Below, piece after piece: positions 10,071 through 20,447 of a stretch of DNA of 64,000 bases. Both the position numbers and the translations under genes were made by a program. Numbering within the stretch: the first letter of the stretch is position 1; every line of letters begins with the position of its first letter. The notes below the pieces were generated by a model, which had not been told where the DNA came from, did no database searches, and saw only the letters and a program-made list of their open reading frames with translations. Source of the DNA: Myxococcota bacterium (GTDB lineage: Bacteria > Myxococcota_A > UBA9160 > UBA6930); assembly GCA_965223415.1 (NCBI GenBank), contig OZ245002.1:512001-576000 (forward strand), in the 5' to 3' direction.

Positions 10071-11311
10071 TCACTCCGCCCGCAGGGTCTCGGCGGGATC
10101 CACCCGCGACGCGCGCCAGGCCGGGAGCAGGCCCGCGAGCACCCCCACCGAGCTCATCACCGTGAGCGCCACGGCGACGGTGCTCCAGGAGTAGACCGGC
10201 ACGGGCACGAGGTCGGGAGCGTCGAGGCTCGCCATGGCCAGGGTGAGCAGGCTGCCCAGGGCCACCCCGACCAGTCCGCCGATCGCCACGACGGCGAAGG
10301 TCTCGAGAAAGAACTCGGTGAGAATGGCGCGGCGGGTCGCACCCACCGCGAGGCGGATCCCGATCTCCGGGCGCCGCTCACGGACGGAGTCGAGCATCAT
10401 GCTCATGATGCCGATGCCGGAGATCACCAGGGTGGCGCCGGCGATCATGATCATGAGCTGCCGCTGGCGGTTGGCGGGCATGCGGTTCAACATCTCGACC
10501 GCGCTCCAGATCGGGATCGCCTCCTCGTCGGTCGGCGAGACCTTCAACCGCTCCGCCAGGATGGCGCGGATCTCGTGGCGGGTGGGTTCCAGCAACTGCC
10601 GATCCCGGAGCTTGAAGAGCAGCATCTGGATGATGGGCTCGCCGACGATGTAGTTCGAGAAATGCATCTGGTGGGTGGTGAGGGGGATCCAGACCTGGTC
10701 GTCGATCTCCTCCCCGTCGCGGGAGAGCTGGGTGCCCACCCGCTCGAGGACGCCGACGACCTGGAACGGCGTGCCCCCGAGCCGCACCCAGCTCCCGATC
10801 CGACCGTCGGCTCCGAGCAGGTCGCGGCGCATGTCGTGGCCGAGGATCGCCACCCGCCGCCGGTGGTCGATGTCCGCGGGGCGGATCGGGCGGCCCTCCG
10901 CGAGGGACACGCTGCGGATCACCATGCCGTCGGGCTCGACGCCGCGGACTTCGGCGTTCACCGCCGTCTGGCCGAAGGCCGCCGCCGTGTACTGGCGGGC
11001 TTCGCCGGCCACCAGCTCGGGGAGGCGGGCGCGGCGGCGCAGCAGCTCGACGTCGTCGCGGGTGTACCAGAGCTGGCGACGATCGACGGCGGGGGTGAAG
11101 TCCTCGGAGACCCGGCCGATGAAGACGTGGCCCATGTCCTTTCCCGCCTTCGAGAAGCCGTCGTCGAGCATCCTCGACACGCCCTCGCCCCAGCCGACCA
11201 GGAAGATCACCGAGGCCGTGCCCCAGGTGACGCCGAAGAGCGTCAGCACCGAGCGAAGCTTGTGGGCCGCGAGCAGTCGCCAGGCCTGGCGGATGGTCTC
11301 GGCGAGATCGC

Positions 11312-11315
<4 letters not shown>
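10071..11315 (-). CDS. MacB/FtsX-family ABC permease
   Basis: RSVLTLFGVTWG, ERRPEIGIRLAVGA and VDPAETLRAE motifs. Confidence 0.85.
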
Positions 11316-11997
<682 letters not shown>

Positions 11998-12001
<4 letters not shown>

Positions 12002-13059
12002 TGGAGCCGGACTTCCTCGCCCTCCTGCACGCCGCCGGTGAGCTGCACGCGATCCCGGTCGACCACGCCGATGGTCACGTCCCGGCGCTCGAAGCCGTCG
12101 CCGTTGCGCACCTCCACGTAGACGGCGGCGCCCTCGTAGCGGAGCGCGGTCTCCGGGACGTGGAGCACGTCCTCGAGGGTTTCGGCGACGATCTCCCCGT
12201 CGCCGGACATGCGGGGCCGGAGCAGCTGGGCGTCGCCGTCGGTGATCGCGATCTCGACCTCGAAGTAGGTCACGTTCTGGATGCGCTCGCCCATCGGTGC
12301 GATCTCGCTCACCTCACCCTCGAAGATCCGCTCGCCGTAGGCCTCGGTGCGGATCCGGGCCGGCTGGCCCAGGGCCACCCGCGCCACCTCGTTCTCGTCG
12401 ACCAGCCCCTCCAGGTGCAGGGCCTCGGTGCCGGCCAGGGTGAGCAGCAGGGTTCCGCCAGTGACCGCCGTGACGGGCGAGACGGCGCTGCCCTCCTCCG
12501 TGTGCACGTCGAGCACGCGCCCCGCCATGGGCGCCACCACGCTCGCGTAGCCGAGCTGGGTCGAGAGGGTGTCGAGGGCCGCACTGGCCCGGGCCAAGCC
12601 CGCCTGGGCCTGCTCGAAGCGCGAGCGGGCGTCGTCGAGCTTCTGGGCACTGGCGGCGCCGGTGCGCTCCAGCTCCTGGGCGCGCTTCAGCTCGATGGAC
12701 GCATAGCGTTGCTCGACCCGCGCCGCCTGGACGGCGGCCTCCGCCTCGCGCACCTGGGCCGCGAGCAGGGCCTTCTCGATCTCGACGAGCACCTGCCCCG
12801 CCTCGACCACGTCGCCGGCCTCGACGGCGATCTCCTCGATAATGCCAGCGATGCGCGGGCGCACCTCCACCTCGACCGCCGGCTCGACGGTGCCCGTGGC
12901 CACCACGATGCGCTCGAGGGGCCCTCGCGATACCGGCGCGAGAGACGCTTCCGGCGCCTCGGGCTCGCCGCAGCCGAGCGACACCGAAGCCAACGCCAAC
13001 GTGCAGGCGAGGCTCGGGATGGACGGGATCCGGGAAGCGATGCGAGGCCGGACGGTCAC
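11998..13059 (-). CDS. Efflux periplasmic adaptor (MacA/HlyD-like membrane fusion protein)
   Basis: Lipoyl-like halves (VEAGDVVEAGQVL; APMAGRV) around a coiled coil. Possible lipobox SLGC. Exact start uncertain. Confidence 0.85.
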
Positions 13060-13150
13060 CGTGCGGCTCCTCGAGCAGGCGCGCGAGGACCGAGCCTACA
13101 CGAGCCCAGGCCGAGTGCATAGTGCAGTGCGGCTCGTTCACTGCAGGCAG

Positions 13151-13179
13151 CCGCCAGGGCGCGTCAGCACCCTGGGCGG
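13151..13179 (-). terminator. GC-rich hairpin downstream of the Gfo/Idh/MocA gene
   Basis: Minus strand reads CCGCCCAGGGTGC-TGAC-GCGCCCTGGCGG, just after the stop at 13193. No U-tract. Confidence 0.3.
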
Positions 13180-13192
13180 GCGGACCTCCGCG

Positions 13193-14176
13193 TCAGCCCC
13201 GCCGTCCCAGGCCCGCCGCCTCGTACACCGCGTCGATCGCCTCCATGTTGCGCACGCCGTCCCAGGCGTCCGTGGGCACGGCGACGCCGTCGCGCACCAG
13301 GCGCACGAAGGCCTCGAGCTGGTGCGTATAGCTGGGTCGTCCCGGCTCGGTCTCGCGGGTCTTTCCGGCCCGGTTGCGGATCACGAGCCGGTGGAAGAGG
13401 TGCGGCGCGACCGGGTTCGTCACGCGCATCTCCCCCTCGCTCCCGGTCACCCGCACCCGCAGGCGCGGCGGGGTGAAGGCGAGCAGCGCAGCGGTGAACG
13501 AGCCGGTGCGATCGCCAGGGAAGTGCAGCCGGGCGCGCATGTGGCGGTCGACCCGCGGCGCCGAGAGCTTCGCCTCGGCCGAGACCACCTCGGGCTCGGC
13601 ACCGGCCAGGAAGCGCAGGACCGAGAGGCAGTAGCAGCCCATGTCCATCGTCGAGCCTCCGGCCAGCGCCAGGTCGAAGCGGATGTCCCCGGGCTTCGGA
13701 ATGGGCAGGCACATGTCCATCTCGAACTGCTGCACCCGGCCGATGCGCCCGCTGTCGATCACCTGGCGCATGCGCTCCGCGAGCGGGTGGTAGCGCCAGT
13801 GGAAGGCCTCCATCAGCGGACGGCCGGTCTTCTCCGCCGTCTCCGCCATGCGACGCGCTTCGTCCGCGTTGGCGGCCAGGGGCTTCTCGCACAGCACCGC
13901 CTTGCCGGCCTCGAGGGCGCGGATCGTCCAGGGGGCGTGCAGCCCGTTGGGGAGCGGGTTGTAGACGGCGTCGACCTCCGGATCGTCGACCAGGGAGTCG
14001 TAGCTCTCGTGCACCCGAGCCAGCCCGTGCTTCTGGGCGAAGGCGCGCGCCCGACCCGGATCCCGTGCGACCACGGCGAAGACCTGGGCCTCGGGGACGT
14101 CCCGCGCCGGCCGGATCAGCGCGGTGGGGGCGATCGCGGCGGCACCGAGGATGCCGATGCGGAGGGGACCCGCCAT
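13193..14176 (-). CDS. Gfo/Idh/MocA family oxidoreductase
   Basis: IGILGAAAIA, VYNPLPNGLH, VLCEKP and GGSTMDMGCY motifs. Confidence 0.9.
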   Translation of the reverse strand: MAGPLRIGILGAAAIAPTALIRPARDVPEAQVFAVVARDPGRARAFAQKHGLARVHESYDSLVDDPEVDAVYNPLPNGLHAPWTIRALEAGKAVLCEKPLAANADEARRMAETAEKTGRPLMEAFHWRYHPLAERMRQVIDSGRIGRVQQFEMDMCLPIPKPGDIRFDLALAGGSTMDMGCYCLSVLRFLAGAEPEVVSAEAKLSAPRVDRHMRARLHFPGDRTGSFTAALLAFTPPRLRVRVTGSEGEMRVTNPVAPHLFHRLVIRNRAGKTRETEPGRPSYTHQLEAFVRLVRDGVAVPTDAWDGVRNMEAIDAVYEAAGLGRRG

Positions 14177-14185
14177 GGCCCCATC

Positions 14186-15397
14186 CTACGCTCCGTAGGC
14201 GCGGTCGACCATCCAGAAGATCCCCAATGCGAAGACCACCGCGGTCCCGACCTCGACCGCGATGCGGTGCGGCCGGCCGTCCCGGACGCGAGCGAACGCG
14301 GAAAGGACCGGCCAGACCAGGGCGATGATGGCGAGCTGCCCCAGCTCCACGCCGACGTTGAAGCCGAGTAGCGCCGGCAGCAGCCGCCCCTGGGGCAAGG
14401 CGATGTCCACCAGGACGCCGGCGAAGCCGAAGCCGTGCACCAGGCCGAAGCAGAAGGCGATGGCCGCGCGGAGGCTCACGGGCGCACCGAGCCGATCGAG
14501 CAGGGCGAAGTAGCACGCGCCGAAGAGGGCCAGACCGAGCAGCGTGCCGGCAGGAATCACCCCGACCCCGAAGGCCGCCGGAACCGCCATCGCCGCCAGG
14601 ACGCCCACCACGGCGACGGGTACCGCCTTGCCGCGATCCGACAGGAGCCAGCCGTTCTCCGCGGCGACGAGCGCGATGGAGAGACCGATCAGCGCCTCGA
14701 CGGCGCCGGGCTCGGGCTCGACGCGGCCGAGGGCGGCCAGCGCCAGGGTGATGCTGTGCGCGATCGTGAAGCCGGTGACGATCGTGACCACCTCCCGCAC
14801 GCGTCGCGCGAGCAGCAGCAGCCCCAGCAGGAACACGAGGTGGTCGTAGCCAGTGGCGATGTGCTCCACCCCGACCCGGAGGTAGGAGCCGGTCTGCTGC
14901 AGCCAGGGCTCGTCGGCCGCCGGGTCCTCCCTGCCCGGCAGCGGCCAGCTGCGCTCGGCGCCCGTGAGCACGCGCTCCACCATCCCGCCGTCCTTCCCAC
15001 GAAGGCGGGCGAAGTGGAGATGGCTCGGCGCCACCTCCCGCAGGACGTCGCTCGTCAGGGTGATCGGGCCCTCGGGGCAGCGCAGCTGCCACTCCAGCAG
15101 CGCCCGCTCCGGCGGCGAGGCCAGGGCGCGAGGCCCGGACATGAGGGCACAGGGCGTGCCGTTCACCTCCAGGCGGAGCGCGTCGGGGAGGTAGCGGGCC
15201 AGGGGTCCCGGCACGACCGGTGGCGACACGATCCCCCACGGCAGGCGGGTCAGCTCGAGCTGCGGGATCCGGAAGAGCACCCGGGCGTCGCGTCCGTCCA
15301 GGTCCCAGGTGGACCAGGAGGTGCTGCGGGTGTGGGAAGCGGCGGGCGCCGCGAGCCCGAGCACCGTGGCGGTCACCAGGAGGAGGAGGACCCTCAA
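14186..15397 (-). CDS. HupE/UreJ family membrane protein with N-terminal periplasmic domain
   Basis: GVEHIATGYDHLVF, TGFTIAHSITL, FGLVHGFGFA and GFNVGVELGQ motifs. TTG start overlaps the upstream TGA. Confidence 0.85.
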   Translation of the reverse strand: MRVLLLLVTATVLGLAAPAASHTRSTSWSTWDLDGRDARVLFRIPQLELTRLPWGIVSPPVVPGPLARYLPDALRLEVNGTPCALMSGPRALASPPERALLEWQLRCPEGPITLTSDVLREVAPSHLHFARLRGKDGGMVERVLTGAERSWPLPGREDPAADEPWLQQTGSYLRVGVEHIATGYDHLVFLLGLLLLARRVREVVTIVTGFTIAHSITLALAALGRVEPEPGAVEALIGLSIALVAAENGWLLSDRGKAVPVAVVGVLAAMAVPAAFGVGVIPAGTLLGLALFGACYFALLDRLGAPVSLRAAIAFCFGLVHGFGFAGVLVDIALPQGRLLPALLGFNVGVELGQLAIIALVWPVLSAFARVRDGRPHRIAVEVGTAVVFALGIFWMVDRAYGA

Positions 15398-16284
15398 GGG
15401 CTCGTTTCCGCGAGGACTACTTCGGCGCGAGCGCGCAGATCGTCCAGGTAGCCGCGCAGGGCGCGGTCTCCGGCGCGTCGCACCCACTCGTTGCGGACCT
15501 GATCGGCGATCTCTTCGTAAGCGGGAACCCGCTCCTCTTCCCGATCGACGAGCTGGAAGACGTGGTAGCCGGTGCCCGAGCGCACGGGCTCGCTCAGCTC
15601 GCCGACCTCCATGCCCATCACCGTCCGGAGCGCCGTCGGCCCGACGTACTCGCGGAGCTTCGCCGGAGGCAGCAGGGCGTCGGGCACGGGGGAGACCTCG
15701 CTGTCGCCGTGGTCCTTCCGGACGTCGGCAAGGTCCGCACCGGCCACCCAGGCCTCCCGCGCGGCCTCCGCCCGCGCCCGACCCGCGCCGTCGTCCTCTC
15801 CGCGTCGCACGCGGAAGAACACCTGCCGCACGCGCAGGCGCCCGGGGCGGGTGAAGAAGGCCGACTCCTCGGCAAAGAAGGCCCGCAGCTCGTCCTCGTC
15901 CGGCGGCCGGTCCTCCGCCTCCACCACGATGGACCGGATCATCGCCGAGGTGATGTCGGCCCGGACCCGCCGATCGCTGTCGACGAGGCCGAGCTCGACG
16001 CCGCGCTGGACGAGCAGCTCCTCGTCGATCATGCGGTCGAGAACGCGCCGCTTCATCTCCTCGGAGACCGGCTGGCGGGTGTCGCTCTCCAGGCCCGCCA
16101 CGAGCCGCTCGTGGTCCTCGCCGAAGATCAGCGTGCCGTTCACCCGCGCCACCGCCGAGGCGGGGAGCGGCCCGACCGTGGGATCGGTCGTGAGCAGGCC
16201 CCAGGCGGCGACGGCCACGCCCAGAACGGCTCCCAGGCCGAGGAGAACGAGGGGACGTTTCGTTCCGGGCGACGGGGAATTCAT
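15394..16284 (-). CDS. PpiC/parvulin-type peptidyl-prolyl isomerase domain protein
   Basis: N-terminal TM segment, SurA-like LDRMIDEELLVQRG, and SEPVRSGTGYHV motif. Confidence 0.75.
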   Translation of the reverse strand: MNSPSPGTKRPLVLLGLGAVLGVAVAAWGLLTTDPTVGPLPASAVARVNGTLIFGEDHERLVAGLESDTRQPVSEEMKRRVLDRMIDEELLVQRGVELGLVDSDRRVRADITSAMIRSIVVEAEDRPPDEDELRAFFAEESAFFTRPGRLRVRQVFFRVRRGEDDGAGRARAEAAREAWVAGADLADVRKDHGDSEVSPVPDALLPPAKLREYVGPTALRTVMGMEVGELSEPVRSGTGYHVFQLVDREEERVPAYEEIADQVRNEWVRRAGDRALRGYLDDLRARAEVVLAETSP

Positions 16285-16342
16285 GGGCCCGGAACCGTAG
16301 CCTGTCGGGAAGGGGAGCGGGTCCCCTACAATCTTCGCCCGG

Positions 16343-17431
16343 ATGCCCACCACTTTCGCGATGGTCCTGACCGGCCAACGGGCCCTCGAGCCCCGGGACC
16401 TGCCGATCCCCGACATCGGCGACGACTCGGCGCTCCTGCGCCTGGAGGTCTGCGGAATCTGCGGCAGCGACTACGAGCAGTACGAAGGCGTGCTGCGAAC
16501 CCCCCTCCCGGTGATCCCCGGCCACGAGCCCCTGGGCGTGATCGAGGCCATCGGCGACAGCGCGGCCGAGCGCTGGGGCGTCGACGTCGGCGACCGGGTG
16601 GCCGTCGAGAACATGATCGCCTGCGGCCACTGCCCGCGCTGCCTCTCGGGGCTGCGGCACCTGTGTGAGCGCCGCCGCATCTACTCCTACGTGCCGCTGT
16701 CCGAGAGCCACGGCCTGTGGGGCGCCTACGCCCGCCACATGGTGCTGGCTCCGGGCTCCGTCGTGCACAAGGTGGACCCGGCGCTCCCGCCGGAGCTGGC
16801 GGTGCTCTTCAACCCCCTGGGCGCCGGCTTCCGCTGGGCGGTCGAGATCCCGGAGACGAAGCCCGGCGACACGGTGCTGGTGATGGGTCCGGGCCAACGT
16901 GGCCTGGCCAGCATACTGGCGGCGCGGCAGGCGGGCGCCGATCGCGTCTTCGTGACGGGCCTCGGCGCCGACGCCAGGAAGCTCGAGCTGGCCCGGGCCT
17001 TCGGGGCCGACGCCACCATCGACGTCGAGCAGGAGAACGTCAAGCAACGCATCCGGGAGCTCACCGACGGCCGGGGCGTCGACGTGGTGGTCGAGGTGAC
17101 CTCCTATGCCACGGCGCCGATCACCGACGCCATCGACGTCGTACGCATGGGCGGCACGATCGTCCTGGCGGGGGTGAAGGGCTTCAAGCCGATCCCCGAC
17201 TTCGTATCCGACAAGATCGTGATGAAGGAGATCCGCGTGCACGGCGCGATCGGCGTGACCTCCTCGGCCTACCGCAGCGGGATCCGCCTGATCGAGGACG
17301 GCCGCCATCCGCTCGAGCGCATGCACACCCACGAGTTTCCGCTGGAGGAGGCGGACCTGGCCATCCGAACCCTCGCCCGCGAGATTCCCGGCGAAGACGC
17401 CATCCACTGCAGCCTGCACCCGGCGCTGTGA
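16343..17431 (+). CDS. Zinc-binding alcohol dehydrogenase (MDR family)
   Basis: CGICGSD, GHE, and CGHCPRC...C structural Zn motifs. Confidence 0.9.
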   Translation: MPTTFAMVLTGQRALEPRDLPIPDIGDDSALLRLEVCGICGSDYEQYEGVLRTPLPVIPGHEPLGVIEAIGDSAAERWGVDVGDRVAVENMIACGHCPRCLSGLRHLCERRRIYSYVPLSESHGLWGAYARHMVLAPGSVVHKVDPALPPELAVLFNPLGAGFRWAVEIPETKPGDTVLVMGPGQRGLASILAARQAGADRVFVTGLGADARKLELARAFGADATIDVEQENVKQRIRELTDGRGVDVVVEVTSYATAPITDAIDVVRMGGTIVLAGVKGFKPIPDFVSDKIVMKEIRVHGAIGVTSSAYRSGIRLIEDGRHPLERMHTHEFPLEEADLAIRTLAREIPGEDAIHCSLHPAL

Positions 17432-17483
17432 CCGGCGCACCGGCGCGCGCCGTTCCGACGGCACGCCAACGACGGAACGGAGC

Positions 17484-18350
17484 ATGACGGAAGAGAACGC
17501 CTCGCTGGAGGAAGTTCGCCCCTGGACCACCGACTCGCCCTACGCCCGCGCGCTCGGCGTGCGGCTGGAGAGCTTGGGCGAGGGCACGGCGCGCCTGCGC
17601 CTGCCCTACGCCGACCACAACGCGAACCCGGGCCAGGCCCTTCACGGCGGCTGCGCCGCCTCCCTCGCGGCAATCGGCGCCCAGACGGTGAGCCGCGCGG
17701 CTCTCGGCAGCGATACGGGGCCATTCGTGACCGCGGGCCTGCACGTGAACTACCTGGCCGCGGCGATCGGCGAAGACGTCGTGGCCGATGCCGAGCTCGA
17801 GCGCCGAGGCAAGGGCCTGTGCTTCGCCCACGTGCGCGTGGCCACGGCCGAGGGCAAGGCCATCGCCCAGGCCACCGCGGCGGTGCGCGCCCGCGGCGGC
17901 GCAGCGACGGCGGAGCCGGCCCGAAGCAGCGGTGACGATGGCGCCGCCGAGCCGGGACCGATGGGCGCCGGGGTGGAGAAGCTCGGCTTCATCGCGGCCC
18001 GGGGGATCAAGGTGGAGCACATGAGCGGCGGAACCTCGCGGCTGGTGATGCCTCCCCTCGCCGCCAACGAGGACTGGGAAGGAGCCACCCACGAGGGCGC
18101 CGTGCTCGCCCTGCTCGACACCGCGGGGGCCATGGCCTCCTGGGGCCTCCACGGCATCGGCCGCTACAAGGCCTCGACGCCCTCGATCCAGGCCCAGGTC
18201 CTGGCGCCTGCGCCGGCGGCGGAGCTGATCGCCTACGGCCGCGTCGCCCAGCGGGACGGCGAGATCTTCTGGACCGACGTCGAGATCGCAACCGCCTCCG
18301 GGGGCCACATCGTCGCGCGGGGCACGGTCCTCTACCGCATCGTCTCGTGA
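17484..18350 (+). CDS. Tandem PaaI-type hot-dog thioesterase
   Basis: Two hot-dog repeats (LHGGCAASL; THEGAVLALLD). Confidence 0.75.
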   Translation: MTEENASLEEVRPWTTDSPYARALGVRLESLGEGTARLRLPYADHNANPGQALHGGCAASLAAIGAQTVSRAALGSDTGPFVTAGLHVNYLAAAIGEDVVADAELERRGKGLCFAHVRVATAEGKAIAQATAAVRARGGAATAEPARSSGDDGAAEPGPMGAGVEKLGFIAARGIKVEHMSGGTSRLVMPPLAANEDWEGATHEGAVLALLDTAGAMASWGLHGIGRYKASTPSIQAQVLAPAPAAELIAYGRVAQRDGEIFWTDVEIATASGGHIVARGTVLYRIVS

Positions 18351-19039
18351 GTCCGCGCTGGCTGGCACTGCCCGCGCTCGCGCTCTTCGTCGCCGCGTTC
18401 TGGTGGAGCGGCGCCCTCGACGTCCTGAGCGACGCCGAGCGCATGCGCGCCTTCCTGACCGAGTCGGGGCCCCTGGGCCCGCTCCTCTACATCGTCGCCT
18501 TCTCCCTGATCGAGCCGCTGGGCGTGCCGGGCATCGTGTTCGTCGGCCCCGCCACCACGATCTGGCCCTACTGGACGGTGGTGGGCCTCTCCGTCGCCGG
18601 CGCCGTGGGCGCGGGCATCGTCTCCTACGTCGCCGCCCGTTGGTGGCTACGAGATTGGGTCCAGGAGCACCTGCCGGCGCGAATCCGCCGCTTCACCCGC
18701 CACGCGGAGGAACGGCCGCTTCGCACGGTGATCCTCGTGCGCTTGGTCTTCTTCCTCGCCGCTCCGGCGCACTGGGCCCTAGGCCTGTCGAACATCCGCT
18801 TCGTTCCGTTCGTGGTCGGCAGCGCCATCGGCTTCACCCTTCCGATGATGGGACTCGTGTACGGGACCGCGCAGGCGATCGACTACCTGAGCGAGCAGGG
18901 GCCGAGCGCCTGGGGCGTCGCCGCAGCGGCGGTCGCGGCGCTCCTGCTGGGCGCCTGGCTGTGGCGCCGCAGCACCGGCCGGACGAACGGCGATCCCGCG
19001 CCGCCGGCGGCCGATCCAAACGTCAATCCCGGACCGTGA
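18347..19039 (+). CDS. TVP38/TMEM64 (DedA/VTT domain) membrane protein
   Basis: Hydrophobic. SYVAARW and VILVRLV..P...ALGLSNIRF pattern. Confidence 0.75.
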   Translation: MSPRWLALPALALFVAAFWWSGALDVLSDAERMRAFLTESGPLGPLLYIVAFSLIEPLGVPGIVFVGPATTIWPYWTVVGLSVAGAVGAGIVSYVAARWWLRDWVQEHLPARIRRFTRHAEERPLRTVILVRLVFFLAAPAHWALGLSNIRFVPFVVGSAIGFTLPMMGLVYGTAQAIDYLSEQGPSAWGVAAAAVAALLLGAWLWRRSTGRTNGDPAPPAADPNVNPGP

Positions 19040-20447
19040 CGGACGCCTCCCGCATGGGCGCCTGGTCCAGGTGCGGAAGGCACAGGTACTCGTAGCGGCC
19101 GGGCGCGTCGAAGGCATGGCGGAAGACGTCGCCGCGCATCATGAAGGGCGACGCGAGGGGCACGTTCGTCGGCAGGGTGCCCTCCCCGCTCGTCACCGTG
19201 TGGGCGACGGCGTCGTCGTTCACCCAGGCGACGCGGCTCCCCTGCGCCACCGTGAGGTGCTTCGGGTGGTACCGCATGCCCCGGATGCGCACGACGGCAT
19301 CGGCGTCGGAGACGTCCGGCGGCACGTAGGCCCCCTGTGCGGCACCAGGAGGCGCCCGCCGGCTCACGGGCGTGGCCTCCCCTTCCCGCCGGCCGGCGGG
19401 GGTGACCTCGCCGCAGGCCCGGAGAAAGGCGCCGACCCGGGTGTGGGCGTCCGTCAGATCGACACAGTTGTCGAGGCCCGTGCCGTCCCACGCGAAGTCA
19501 CCCCCGCCGCCGTAGGCCTCCTGGACGGAAGGCGCCGGCTGGAGGCCGTTCGCCGAGAGGTAGTTCGGCCCGATGCGGGTGCGGTCGGAGAGCGGCTCGA
19601 GCTCCGGATCCTTGGCGGCCTGCTCCTCGGCCAGCCGTACGACGCCGATTCCCGCGGAGACGTTGTCCTTGACCCAGTTGTCGTGGACGCCCGTGTCGTC
19701 GGCGCCCATCACGAGGATTCCGAGGCCCGGGGGCAGCCCGCCGACGATCGACTCGGGATCGCCGAAGTTCTGGGCGTTGTTGCGCACGACCCAGTTCCGC
19801 AGCACCTCCGTGCGCAGGCCTTCCTTCTGGACCTTGCCGGGTAGCACGAAGACCAGGATGCCCGCCGTGTTGTCGTAGGCGAGGTTGTCCCGCACCACCG
19901 CGTCGTTGGTGTTCTCGATCTCGATCCCGGCGACGTTGTCGTGCACCTCGTTGTAGGCCACGAGCGCGCGGTTGGACTCGCCGACGTAGATGCCCGCGTC
20001 GCGGATCCGCGTCACCGTGCAGTGGGTCACCGTGATGTTGCGGCTCTGGACCGGGTAGACGCCGTAGAGCCCGGCGTCGTCGATCACCAGATCCGAGAGG
20101 AGCACGCCGTCGACGCCCTGGGTCGTGACGCCGTTGCCCTTGTAGTGGCGAATGCCGAAGCCGGTCATGGTGAACGGACTGCCGGAGACGATGACGCCGT
20201 CGTTCAGTTCGCCCTGGCCGTCGAGGATCGGCCGCTCGCCGCCGCGCACGAGTCCGCGCAGGGTGATGCCCGGCGTGTCGACGGTGAGGGCCTCGTGGTA
20301 GACACCGGGCGCCACCTCGACGACGGAGCCCGGCGGCGCCTTCTCGAGCGCTTCGGCGATGGAGCCCCCGGCTTCGACGTGGAACGTCTCGGCGCCGGCA
20401 GGGGCCGTGGCGAGCCACAGAACCAGAATCGGAACCAGTGCGTGCAT
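19023..20447 (-). CDS. Secreted parallel beta-helix protein fused to a C-terminal cupredoxin (type-1 Cu) domain
   Basis: Signal peptide and PbH repeats (YGVYPVQS, DAGIYVGES, NVAGIEIEN, NTAGILVF). C-terminal HTVTS...YEYLCLPHLDQAPM gives a His/Cys/His/Met set. TGATG coupling to the upstream gene. Confidence 0.75.
   Translation of the reverse strand: MHALVPILVLWLATAPAGAETFHVEAGGSIAEALEKAPPGSVVEVAPGVYHEALTVDTPGITLRGLVRGGERPILDGQGELNDGVIVSGSPFTMTGFGIRHYKGNGVTTQGVDGVLLSDLVIDDAGLYGVYPVQSRNITVTHCTVTRIRDAGIYVGESNRALVAYNEVHDNVAGIEIENTNDAVVRDNLAYDNTAGILVFVLPGKVQKEGLRTEVLRNWVVRNNAQNFGDPESIVGGLPPGLGILVMGADDTGVHDNWVKDNVSAGIGVVRLAEEQAAKDPELEPLSDRTRIGPNYLSANGLQPAPSVQEAYGGGGDFAWDGTGLDNCVDLTDAHTRVGAFLRACGEVTPAGRREGEATPVSRRAPPGAAQGAYVPPDVSDADAVVRIRGMRYHPKHLTVAQGSRVAWVNDDAVAHTVTSGEGTLPTNVPLASPFMMRGDVFRHAFDAPGRYEYLCLPHLDQAPMREASVTVRD

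Noticed and set aside
10065..10073. In-frame TGA-GCG-ATG between the two ABC permeases as a second Sec/readthrough site
   Set aside because: No Cys-type motif context. Each permease is complete with a normal C-terminus and its own ATG.
14186..17530. ORF-track long N-terminal extensions or apparent fusions (1114-aa HupE, 1081-aa hydrolase, 876-aa monooxygenase, 829-aa beta-helix)
   Set aside because: The extensions overlap other real genes. True starts are supported by RBS, stop/start overlaps or -10 boxes.
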